Origin: a virus
Lineage: Duplodnaviria > Caudoviricetes
Reading direction: 5' to 3' (one strand)
Length of the DNA stretch: 25,175 nucleotides
Virus record (IMG/VR): IMGVR_UViG_3300042905_000912
Coordinates: 1 to 25,175 of that record
The translations under genes were made by a program, and so were the position numbers. Positions 1 through 7,497 of this stretch are shown here, piece by piece. The first letter of the stretch is position 1, and each line of letters opens with the position of its first letter. The notes under the pieces are model-generated. The model did not search any database. It was not told where the DNA came from and saw only the letters and a program-made list of their open reading frames with translations.

Positions 1-2
1 CA

Positions 3-275
3 CTTGAAGTCGGTTGGCAAGAAGAACAATGGCCCACGTTGAGTGCTGTCTTGTTTCGAGAAAGCCGTTGCACGTTCGACGCATGGAACGGTTCAGACGC
101 AGGCTTGAGCCAGATCAATCAGATTCACACTTCGTGGTTGAACGAGATGGGTCTTTCACACCCTGACGATATGTTCGACCCTCGCAAGAATCTTTGGTTC
201 GCTCACAAGTTGTTCTCTTCACGTGAAGAGAAGGGTCAATGCGGTTGGCAACCTTGGTCAAAGCCTTGCAACTAA
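3..275 (+). CDS. SLT/lysozyme-like lytic transglycosylase domain protein, 5' truncated by the window edge
   Basis: Frame 3 is open from base 3 (LEVGWQEEQWPTLSAVLFRESRC...). It has the catalytic-type RES motif, GLSQIN (GLxQI), DPxxNL and a terminal GWQPW. Confidence 0.75.
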   Translation, partial: LEVGWQEEQWPTLSAVLFRESRCTFDAWNGSDAGLSQINQIHTSWLNEMGLSHPDDMFDPRKNLWFAHKLFSSREEKGQCGWQPWSKPCN

Positions 276-439
276 CTTGCTGACTCGTTGATCTCTTTGC
301 ATCGAGTGCAACGTATGCGCCAAGGTGAAGTGATCATCTCAGCAAGTAACTTGCCGCAGTTGCCACAGCGCACGCTTGTGCGTGTCGCACGTTCAACTTC
401 GGGTACAAGCCTTGTCTCTGCATAAGGGTCAACAGTCAT
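272..439 (-). CDS. Mu Com-like zinc-ribbon protein (55 aa; not in the ORF track)
   Basis: Manual translation: MTVDPYAETRLVPEVERATRTSVRCGNCGKLLAEMITSPWRIRCTRCKEINESAS*. RCxxCxKLLA...IxCxRCKxIN matches the Com-family pattern. The ATG overlaps the upstream stop (TGATG). Confidence 0.75.
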   Translation of the reverse strand: MTVDPYAETRLVPEVERATRTSVRCGNCGKLLAEMITSPWRIRCTRCKEINESAS

Positions 440-834
440 CAGTACGCTCGTGTGACATTGAAGTTCTGTACGAAGATCACTCGATCTTGACTGTCACGTT
501 CAAGAACAAACGGCGACTGAATCGCAGTCACACGGTTGTATCTCGTACCCGATAACGACATATTGACGATGCCTTCAAGAGTTGCCCAACAAAGATTGAT
601 CAGCGACTCTGCTGACGCATACAACACTGCACGCACAGCGATCTGCACACTCGGATTCTGCAACACAGGCAGACCGCTACCCATCGTGTTGTCAGGTGCT
701 GACCCGCCGTACTCGTACAGAACAACACAAGTATCAGGTGAGTCAGGCATACGACCGAGAAAGAGATTCGTACCGAGCGTCAAAGACGCTTGCTGTGAAT
801 CAAGATAAGTTGCGATATCAACAAGCGTTGTCAT
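439..834 (-). CDS. Neck/tail terminator-like protein (minor capsid 3-like family)
   Basis: LFLGRMPDSPD..VVLYEYGG, PSVQIAVRA and D..DR.IFVQNF motifs; last of the neck genes. Start is 834 or 837 (ATGATG). Confidence 0.7.
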   Translation of the reverse strand: MTTLVDIATYLDSQQASLTLGTNLFLGRMPDSPDTCVVLYEYGGSAPDNTMGSGLPVLQNPSVQIAVRAVLYASAESLINLCWATLEGIVNMSLSGTRYNRVTAIQSPFVLERDSQDRVIFVQNFNVTRAY

Positions 835-1313
835 CAACTACGACCTGTGCCGAGTTGATAATGCTTACGAACATACGCTGTCAAAGTCTCAGTGAAGTTC
901 GCTGTGTACTGCTTGAAAGGTCGCTCAAGATACTTCGGGCCTCGACCCGTAGCAGGGTCAATACCCGGCCCTGTTCCTTGTCGCCCGCCGACTTTACTTT
1001 TGTTCGGTGGTTTCGGCGGGTGATAGAAGTCAAGACGTTCGTGTTGCACAAGAGCGTACGGTGTTGCACTGTTGCCGTATCCGACTTCAACCTTGTACGT
1101 CGTTCCTATGTTGCTCTCTTCAACACTTCGACTCGTGCGAAGTATTCCCTCGTCGACGGGTACCAGTTGTTCGCTTGCGTTGCTGATGTCTTCTGCCATG
1201 TTCTTGAGACCTGCACGCAAAGCAAGAGACACACCTTCAGCGTCAGCAATCAGAGCACGATGAATTTCACTCATGTTCTGAGTCTTCACTTTGATCGTGA
1301 CAGGCTTTGCCAT
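834..1313 (-). CDS. HK97 gp10-like tail-completion/neck protein
   Basis: LVPVDEGILRTS, YALVQHE and KYLERP motifs; lies between the stopper and terminator genes. Confidence 0.75.
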   Translation of the reverse strand: MAKPVTIKVKTQNMSEIHRALIADAEGVSLALRAGLKNMAEDISNASEQLVPVDEGILRTSRSVEESNIGTTYKVEVGYGNSATPYALVQHERLDFYHPPKPPNKSKVGGRQGTGPGIDPATGRGPKYLERPFKQYTANFTETLTAYVRKHYQLGTGRS

Positions 1314-1663
1314 CAGTTGCGTCTCGGTTCACCAAGTGCAAGCACGACGCATTGTTGACCGAACTCGTCTGATCGAATATCAGTTTCGACGATAACTCTT
1401 GAAACACCGCTGACAGTGAGAAGATCATCAGTCGATGGTGAATAAGTCGTTGAGGGAATGTATGCGATGTAATCGATGACTGCTTGATCTGTTGATGCGT
1501 TGCGCTTGCTCGCAGATATCTTCTGCACGTAAGCCTTGTACGTTGTGCCACTGCCTGCGTTCAAGACTTCGCCATACGAGTTGATCGAAGATCGAGGCGT
1601 GACTGTCACAGTCTGCGTTGCAAGTTGCAACAGTTCAGTCATGAAGTCGTTACTCGCTGTCAT
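1313..1663 (-). CDS. Head-closure (stopper) protein, putative
   Basis: 116 aa, beta-rich, with an NSYGE motif; directly follows the adaptor with coupled overlaps. Confidence 0.6.
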   Translation of the reverse strand: MTASNDFMTELLQLATQTVTVTPRSSINSYGEVLNAGSGTTYKAYVQKISASKRNASTDQAVIDYIAYIPSTTYSPSTDDLLTVSGVSRVIVETDIRSDEFGQQCVVLALGEPRRN

Positions 1664-2151
1664 TGATCAGCACCGCCACCAAATATCTGTACACCCGTGA
1701 TCGTGTTATTCGCACCACCATCGTCGACGTTCTGAAACTGACCTGATGCGAACCAACCTCTGAACACGTCACTGTTGTCTTGATCAATCTCTTTATCACT
1801 GATCGACAAACCACCAGCGTACGCAATCGGCACGAAGTTCTGAACTTTCGCCATCGCATTGAACTGTGATGCTTGCGCCAAATACCCTTGTGCTTTCTGC
1901 GACAACTTCACGTTCAAGTCACCGATCTGCTTATCAGCAAGACGAGCCAACTTTGACGCAATAGTTAGACAGCATCGGTACGCCGCATCGTATAGAGCGT
2001 TCGTACCCGTTGAAGTACCTGATGCTTCAGTGTTCACCCACGATATTTCTTCATTCGATAACAGTTGATCAGTTGTGTCAGTGTCACCAATAAGGAATCT
2101 GATTGCGTCTTTAGCGTTAGCAGACGGGTCGCCACCATAAGTCCATGTCAT
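1660..2151 (-). CDS. Head-to-tail adaptor/connector protein
   Basis: N-terminal MTWTYGGDP...DAIRFLIGDTD...LLSNEEI pattern typical of adaptors; first neck gene. Confidence 0.75.
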   Translation of the reverse strand: MTWTYGGDPSANAKDAIRFLIGDTDTTDQLLSNEEISWVNTEASGTSTGTNALYDAAYRCCLTIASKLARLADKQIGDLNVKLSQKAQGYLAQASQFNAMAKVQNFVPIAYAGGLSISDKEIDQDNSDVFRGWFASGQFQNVDDGGANNTITGVQIFGGGADQ

Positions 2152-2162
2152 TGTCGCTCATC

Positions 2163-2474
2163 TCACTTGATCGTCGGAAGAGTGAACACAGAACCAATCG
2201 GTGTGCCAGAAATTAAGTCAACGTATATCCCATCAGGGCAAGCGATACCGTTTGGCCCAAACCAATGAGTCTCGTGATCTCCATTCGCTGGTTTAATGAG
2301 AGCAACGATCGGGTCAGTGTTTGCGTCGCCGTTGTGAAGGTGCAAGTGAACTTGACCGTGAGAAGAATCACCAATAGTAATCCCCATCAGAACAACCGCG
2401 CTTGCTGTCTGTACACCTGAAGTCGCTCGAATTTTTGTTGCTGTCACTGCGCTTGTTTGTGTTGTGTTTCTCAT
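2163..2474 (-). CDS. Small beta-rich virion protein (possible decoration/spike)
   Basis: GGAG upstream of the ATG; GIxxxxGIYV C-terminal pattern; located in the head module. Confidence 0.5.
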   Translation of the reverse strand: MRNTTQTSAVTATKIRATSGVQTASAVVLMGITIGDSSHGQVHLHLHNGDANTDPIVALIKPANGDHETHWFGPNGIACPDGIYVDLISGTPIGSVFTLPTIK

Positions 2475-2495
2475 ATGTGACTCCGTGAATGACTA

Positions 2496-2533
2496 AGGCC
2501 GAGACTGATGCGTTCTAGCACCAGTCTCGGCCT
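2496..2533 (-). terminator. Long intergenic hairpin (putative U-tail-less terminator or mRNA stabiliser)
   Basis: Minus-strand RNA AGGCCGAGACUGGUGC-UAGAAC-GCAUCAGUCUCGGCCU forms a 16-bp stem (one G-U) directly after the capsid/decoration genes. There is no U tract. Confidence 0.6.
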
Positions 2534-2554
2534 GAGTGCCGTAGTTGAGTTGTA

Positions 2555-2980
2555 TTACTTGCGGTAGAAAGTAACGCCTGTCGCTGAGTCGTAACGAACC
2601 AACCAAGTACCTGACGTTGCCGCAGGCACAGTTGCAAGTCCAACGAGAGTGACACCTGTTGCACCAGCAACAAGAGTGATCGTTGCGGCTGATGCGGCAA
2701 GGTTCACGATCGTGAACTCTGTGCAGTCACCGACTTGTTGACCAGCGAGCAGAGCAATGATGTCAGCACCGATCGCAGTTGTTACGTTGCGAGCGGTCGT
2801 TGGTGTTGAAGTGACAAGAGTGTTCGTAACGATATGAGCCGCAGTAGCAACCATCGACGCACCATCAGCGATAGTTGCCGCAGTGCGCTTGACGCTTGCA
2901 GTGCCACGAAGACGTGTCGGGCCGCTTACTTCAAGAGCACCGACGAGTGCAGTACCACGAGTGATTCGATTGAAAGCCAT
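2555..2980 (-). CDS. Capsid decoration/cement-like protein
   Basis: Ala/Thr/Gly/Val-rich, 141 aa, with an AGGAG RBS; immediately after the major capsid gene; GD..EFTIVN pattern. Confidence 0.55.
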   Translation of the reverse strand: MAFNRITRGTALVGALEVSGPTRLRGTASVKRTAATIADGASMVATAAHIVTNTLVTSTPTTARNVTTAIGADIIALLAGQQVGDCTEFTIVNLAASAATITLVAGATGVTLVGLATVPAATSGTWLVRYDSATGVTFYRK

Positions 2981-2993
2981 GTGAGTCTCCTAA

Positions 2994-3944
2994 TTACGCA
3001 GTGACGCAGTTGCTGAAGAAGTAACCGAGCGGTGTACCGACAGCCTTGAAGTCCCAAGCGGATTCAATTTCAAGACGATCTGCACGCAAGTGATCCATAC
3101 GGAAACGTGAGACAGCAGTCGAAGTACCGAGACCGCCACCAACACCGTTCCACACGAAGTTGTAACCTGCTGATGCGCTCATGATTCCAGCGGCTGGTGC
3201 GACGTAACACAAGAGAGCGTCTTTGTCGCCCATCTGTGCGTAAGTTGCTGATGCGCCTTCTTTTGCTGAGTTGAATACGCCCTTCATGACCATGACACGG
3301 GGAACGTCGAGCACTTTGCCGATGAGTTCAGGTGTGATGCTGTCTGCTGACGTGTACTTGTAACGATCAACGAAGTCGCTGTGGTTACGAAGAGTCTTGT
3401 AGGTTGCGTACGACAACACGAGAGTGTTGGGCAAGTAGCCAGTGTTCGTCAAGATGGTGTTCACACCAGTCTGAATGTCACCGATCGGGTCAGAACCTGA
3501 TGCGTCCCACAAAGTCGAAGGCGTAGCGTCAGTTCCCCAAACAGAAGTCGTGAAGAACTTGCTAGCCCAATCACGCTCTTGACGAATCATCATCTGATGA
3601 GCAAGGAACTTTGTTGCGTCCATGTCGGGGTCAAGTGGCGAATCGCTGTTCGCACGAACCTGATCGCCAATGTCTTTGTGCAAAGCCCAAACACTTGACG
3701 AGTAACTTGAGGTCGACAGCGAGTAGCCGCTTCCTGCTGATTCAGTTCCGTCAGCACGATACTGTGCCTGATCACGGTAGAAGTCTGCTTGCGAGTACGT
3801 GAAGTACAAGTCAGATTGCTTGTTCACCGAAACAGTCGGGAACACTTTTGATGCGACAAAGTTGTCGACTTCGTTCATGTAAGCGACGCTCAAGTTGGTG
3901 AGCACCGCATCGATATGAACTTGGTTCTGAGTGGGCTGTGCCAT
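2994..3944 (-). CDS. Major capsid protein (HK97 fold, gpE-like family)
   Basis: HIDAVLTNLSVAY, A..VFP.V.V.KQSD.Y, W..SGSDPIGDI and PNTLVL motifs; 316 aa; follows scaffold and cement genes. Confidence 0.9.
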   Translation of the reverse strand: MAQPTQNQVHIDAVLTNLSVAYMNEVDNFVASKVFPTVSVNKQSDLYFTYSQADFYRDQAQYRADGTESAGSGYSLSTSSYSSSVWALHKDIGDQVRANSDSPLDPDMDATKFLAHQMMIRQERDWASKFFTTSVWGTDATPSTLWDASGSDPIGDIQTGVNTILTNTGYLPNTLVLSYATYKTLRNHSDFVDRYKYTSADSITPELIGKVLDVPRVMVMKGVFNSAKEGASATYAQMGDKDALLCYVAPAAGIMSASAGYNFVWNGVGGGLGTSTAVSRFRMDHLRADRLEIESAWDFKAVGTPLGYFFSNCVTA

Positions 3945-3964
3945 GACTGGTTCTTCTTTCTAGA

Positions 3965-4351
3965 TCAGGCGCAACGAGCGTTGCTTGGGTTGAGGAACAT
4001 TGTGACGATATTGCCTGCGGCGGCGGCTTCAATAGCCTGACCCATGACGAAGACAGTTGTATCAGTACCGCTAGTGATCGCATCTGCTTGCGAATCGCTC
4101 GAAGTACCAATGATGTTGCCAGCGGCAAGGTTTCCATCGGCAACAACTTTGCTGATACCGAAGATTGCAATCTCAGCAGACTGACCGCTAGTCGGTGTGT
4201 TCTGCAAGATGCCGATCGGCTTGTCAGTGATTGCATCGCAAACATTGACAGTAGTTGCAGACGCTAACTTCACGAAGTGAAATTGCTTTGCTGACAAGTC
4301 AGCGGCGGCAACAAGGTTGCCTAATTTGATCTGTGCGCCTTCGTAAGCCAT
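3965..4351 (-). CDS. Capsid cement protein (DUF2190-like)
   Basis: AAADLSAKQFHFVK, PIGILQN.P..GQ.A and G.AIEAAAAG patterns; directly upstream of the capsid gene. Confidence 0.7.
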   Translation of the reverse strand: MAYEGAQIKLGNLVAAADLSAKQFHFVKLASATTVNVCDAITDKPIGILQNTPTSGQSAEIAIFGISKVVADGNLAAGNIIGTSSDSQADAITSGTDTTVFVMGQAIEAAAAGNIVTMFLNPSNARCA

Positions 4352-4353
4352 GT

Positions 4354-5007
4354 TCAGCGGCCTTTCTCAATGAGGTATTGGTTGTATAGGTCTTTGTTGG
4401 ACTCAGCAACAAGCGTCACTGCCTTTGCGAAAGACGGTGCTCGACCTTCGCTGACGAGTGCGTGTGCTTGTGCAGAGATCGTTGTCCATGCGTCTTCGCC
4501 ATTGTTCGATGCAGTTGTGCCGATCTCTTTCAAGAGATCAGATTCACGCAACGCACGTGACGATGCTTCAAGGACTTTCTCGACGATGAGTGCTTCAGCA
4601 GGCATCGTGTCACGCAGAGCGCACAACACAGGTGCGAACTCAGCGGGGTCGAGTTCAGGCAAGATTGACCATGCGTGTGCAGAGTCGACAGCCTTTTCAA
4701 GAGCACGAGTCGACTTCAAGACTTCTGATTCGTGACGTGCATCGTCTAACTGCTTGCGAAGATCAGAGAGTTCTTTGCGGATCTCTTCATCGAAAGATGC
4801 CTTCTCTACTTCAACTGCGGGGGTCTCAGTAACTTCGAGGTCCATGCTTGTCTCCTTATTTACGGCGGCTGGATTGATTACTTCATCAAGTGTTGCAGTC
4901 AAGTCTTCTGACTTCATGACTAGCCAACCTTCGTGAAGATGAGCGGGGTGATCGACACCACTTGTCTCTTTGACCATCAGGTCTGCGAGTTTCGTTGAAC
5001 GTGCCAT
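4354..5007 (-). CDS. Scaffolding protein with an N-terminal protease-like ExSxVDxPA segment
   Basis: Likely start MARSTKLADLMVKETSGVDHPAH (ATG 5007, with TACGAT -10 nearby). Acidic coiled-coil body and C-terminal DLYNQY; upstream of cement and capsid genes. Confidence 0.7.
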   Translation of the reverse strand: MARSTKLADLMVKETSGVDHPAHLHEGWLVMKSEDLTATLDEVINPAAVNKETSMDLEVTETPAVEVEKASFDEEIRKELSDLRKQLDDARHESEVLKSTRALEKAVDSAHAWSILPELDPAEFAPVLCALRDTMPAEALIVEKVLEASSRALRESDLLKEIGTTASNNGEDAWTTISAQAHALVSEGRAPSFAKAVTLVAESNKDLYNQYLIEKGR

Positions 5008-5015
5008 CGCTGTGA

Positions 5016-5021
5016 ATCGTA
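5016..5021 (-). promoter_or_regulatory. Putative -10 (TACGAT) for the scaffold-capsid operon
   Basis: TACGAT lies 8 nt before the scaffold ATG, and there is no SD sequence. Confidence 0.4.
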
Positions 5022-5102
5022 GACACCTGCGTCGATTATCCGTTGTAACTCTGCAAAGAACTTCCAATGATCTTTCGTTCTTGATCAGTACAGTGATTGA
5101 TC

Positions 5103-5315
5103 ATGCTTGCTGAACGTACTGCTCGAACATTGTTTGCGTGCGTTGCGTTCATCTCTTTGAGTGCTATCGCATCGTCGTGTGGATACGACGGGAAATATCG
5201 ATACACGTGTCAAGACCCAGCGAATTGGGAACTGGCAGAGTGCAAGCCACCAATCTGTGAACCAACAGGCAACTGTTCTGAGACTCTCGTATGGGGTAAT
5301 TCTAATGGCTCGTAA
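5103..5315 (+). CDS. Small Cys-rich putative lipoprotein
   Basis: Hydrophobic signal followed by the lipobox-like ASSC, then GYDGKYRYTCQDPANW...C.PP.C...G.C. Confidence 0.6.
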   Translation: MLAERTARTLFACVAFISLSAIASSCGYDGKYRYTCQDPANWELAECKPPICEPTGNCSETLVWGNSNGS

Positions 5316-5601
5316 GCGTTACGCACCCGAAGAGATACACGCACGACTCGTTCTTGCTGTCGGTCTTGCTTTGTGTTTCACGTTCGTGATGATCGTCGTT
5401 GCAGTCTTGTGGGCATTGGTATTCGTTACGCAACCGATGACTCAATCACCCAACGACAAAGCGTTCCTCGATGGTGTGTTGATTCCGATCACGCTCTTCT
5501 TGAGCGGGGCATTGAGCGGGGTTCTAGCAAGCAACGGACTCAAGTCGAAACCACAACAGCAACGTCGAGACATGATCTCAGACGAAGAGTTGTTTCGCTG
5601 A
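5305..5601 (+). CDS. Two-TM membrane protein (holin-like or lipoprotein partner)
   Basis: Start MARKRYAPEE (ATG 5305) overlaps the lipoprotein gene; two long hydrophobic segments and a charged C-terminus. Confidence 0.6.
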   Translation: MARKRYAPEEIHARLVLAVGLALCFTFVMIVVAVLWALVFVTQPMTQSPNDKAFLDGVLIPITLFLSGALSGVLASNGLKSKPQQQRRDMISDEELFR

Positions 5602-5880
5602 TTAGTTCTCTACGCTTTCGAGCGGTAGCAGTGTCGAGACTTTGAGACGATCGATGCGCTTAATCATTCCATTCGGTATCGCAATCACGTGATCAATATG
5701 ATCTGATTCGTCCATGATGACTGACTGCGAGATCACAACATGATTCGCTTTCACGCCCGCTATGAGATATCCGATTGACGTGACAATGCAAGGTTCGCTG
5801 TCTAGATCGTCTCGTGTAGTCCACGTCTCTGAGACAGCATGAGCGTCGTGCCATGTGACTTGAATCAGTTGATGCTTCAT
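5602..5880 (-). CDS. Conserved phage hypothetical protein (VxWxDA...SxGxL...IPxGxI pattern)
   Basis: ATG 5880 overlaps the phosphoesterase stop (ATGA); the motif pattern is recurrent in phages. Confidence 0.65.
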   Translation of the reverse strand: MKHQLIQVTWHDAHAVSETWTTRDDLDSEPCIVTSIGYLIAGVKANHVVISQSVIMDESDHIDHVIAIPNGMIKRIDRLKVSTLLPLESVEN

Positions 5881-7028
5881 GCTTTGTATTCCTTGCCTCT
5901 GTACATCGCCCACCCGTCGTGAATCGCTATCTGTTCATAGCAGAAGTTCCCCGACTCAGGGTCGTACGGTATGACTGCGAGACCTTGTTGCCAATCTTCG
6001 TAGCGCACAAGCGGTCTGCCGTTCAAGTCTGTACCGCCACGTGTGCTCGGCACTGCACCATCGACTCGACACAAGCAACCCGGACTCGCCGCAAGAACTG
6101 TACGAGGCCCATCATGATCTTCACGAGTACGTTCTGCCCATTCACGACGATGAATATGACCGTACACGACTGACGACTTCTCTTGACCAAGATACTTGTG
6201 CGCTGTTGAACCACCGCTTGCAACTCGATCACCGTGAATGACACGCAGACGTTCAGTAATCCAAACAGACGACGCTGGATAACCCGGTCTGTATTCGATA
6301 TCAACTTCGTCGAGTCGACACAGATACGGCACGCTCATGACAGGCCATGAGTCAGGCAGATTCCCTCGCTTCAATCCGAAAGCGGCGGCGGCGTTCTGCA
6401 ACAAGAACTTCGGCAATCTTTCTTCGTGATTACCTGCAAGCCAAATGATCTTTGCTCGTGGTGCGGCGGCACGTATCTCTGCGGCGAGTCGTGTTGCTCG
6501 ATCGATCGTCGCTTGTGTTGTCTGTTGATATGCGCTTGTGACGATGTACTTGCCGAGTTCAGCGAAGTCAAGGTTGTCACCAACGAGAACAACGATGTCA
6601 GGGTCAACATCAGCAACGATTGACAACGCAACAGAGATCGCTCGTTCGTCGTGTATCGCTTCAAGTGAACCATCAACAGCAGAGAAGTACCCGCACTGAA
6701 TATCGGGCAACACAACAGCAACAGGCCAACCTGATCGTGTTTTCGTTGCTTTCGATGCAGTGATCTTGACAGGCGGGCCTTGTTGAATGACAGGCCATTC
6801 AGGGCCTGTCTCCCACTTTGGTGAGAACTGAATACCTGTGAGATCGTGTACTGATGCTTCACCTGTGTCGCTGTCTTTCGTGACTGCTTGATACAGCGAC
6901 ACTCTTTTGATAGCACCGACTTCATCGATGTCAATGCCGTTGCGTTCGAGTAGTTCAGCGATTCGACCAAGCGACTGTTTCTTCGTCGTTGATGCGTTCT
7001 CTCGTTCGATGTCGTCTCTAAGACTCAC
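5877..7028 (-). CDS. Calcineurin-like metallophosphoesterase
   Basis: All five motifs are present: PDIQ, GDNLD, GNHE, IHGD and GHIH. Likely GTG start at 7028. Confidence 0.88.
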   Translation of the reverse strand: MSLRDDIERENASTTKKQSLGRIAELLERNGIDIDEVGAIKRVSLYQAVTKDSDTGEASVHDLTGIQFSPKWETGPEWPVIQQGPPVKITASKATKTRSGWPVAVVLPDIQCGYFSAVDGSLEAIHDERAISVALSIVADVDPDIVVLVGDNLDFAELGKYIVTSAYQQTTQATIDRATRLAAEIRAAAPRAKIIWLAGNHEERLPKFLLQNAAAAFGLKRGNLPDSWPVMSVPYLCRLDEVDIEYRPGYPASSVWITERLRVIHGDRVASGGSTAHKYLGQEKSSVVYGHIHRREWAERTREDHDGPRTVLAASPGCLCRVDGAVPSTRGGTDLNGRPLVRYEDWQQGLAVIPYDPESGNFCYEQIAIHDGWAMYRGKEYKA

Positions 7029-7266
7029 AAGAACAATCCCCTCGTCGATGTCGCTTGAGCATCTCGATCGTGACTGTGATGTCTCTGTCAGCAAGTGCAA
7101 GCGAGATTGATCTGTTAGTTATTGAACGATCTTTCAATGCCACGTTCAAGTCTTCGAGATCAACGCCGAAGAGTTTGCCGAGAGCGAGTTGAACACCGCA
7201 GATACGTCGACCGTGTGATCTGTGATAATTGCTTATTGAACTAGACAGACTTTCTTTGTCAGGCAT
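7018..7266 (-). CDS. Small protein with C-terminal HRRGDCSC (possible Zn/DNA binding)
   Basis: Contains ICGV and HRRGDCSC; overlaps the phosphoesterase start. Confidence 0.6.
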   Translation of the reverse strand: MPDKESLSSSISNYHRSHGRRICGVQLALGKLFGVDLEDLNVALKDRSITNRSISLALADRDITVTIEMLKRHRRGDCSCES

Positions 7267-7323
7267 ATCAGTCCGATCGTTACAAGATCAGACCAGCCTA
7301 ACAAACTGTGGACAACTTGTGGG

Positions 7324-7497
7324 TCAATCTGTGTTGTCTTCGTCTCTTGTCAACAGAACACCGATGAAGTGCAGAGCAAGACTTGCCCCGAAAGTCCATG
7401 CGGCTTTCGAGAGTGTTGCGCCACTGAGAGTGATCAGCACTAGAGCGACTCCGCAGATAGTCCATATTTGTGCGTGTAGTTCTTTGATGACTTTCAT
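7324..7497 (-). CDS. Small two-TM membrane protein (57 aa; not in the ORF track)
   Basis: Manual translation: MKVIKELHAQIWTICGVALVLITLSGATLSKAAWTFGASLALHFIGVLLTRDEDNTD*. TGATG coupling to the upstream gene. Confidence 0.7.
   Translation of the reverse strand: MKVIKELHAQIWTICGVALVLITLSGATLSKAAWTFGASLALHFIGVLLTRDEDNTD

Noticed and set aside
696-1358. Long plus-strand ORFs opposite structural genes (also 4370-4735 and 22111-22674)
   Set aside because: They fully overlap well-supported minus-strand genes and have no recognisable motifs; antisense stop codons are scarce in this sequence.
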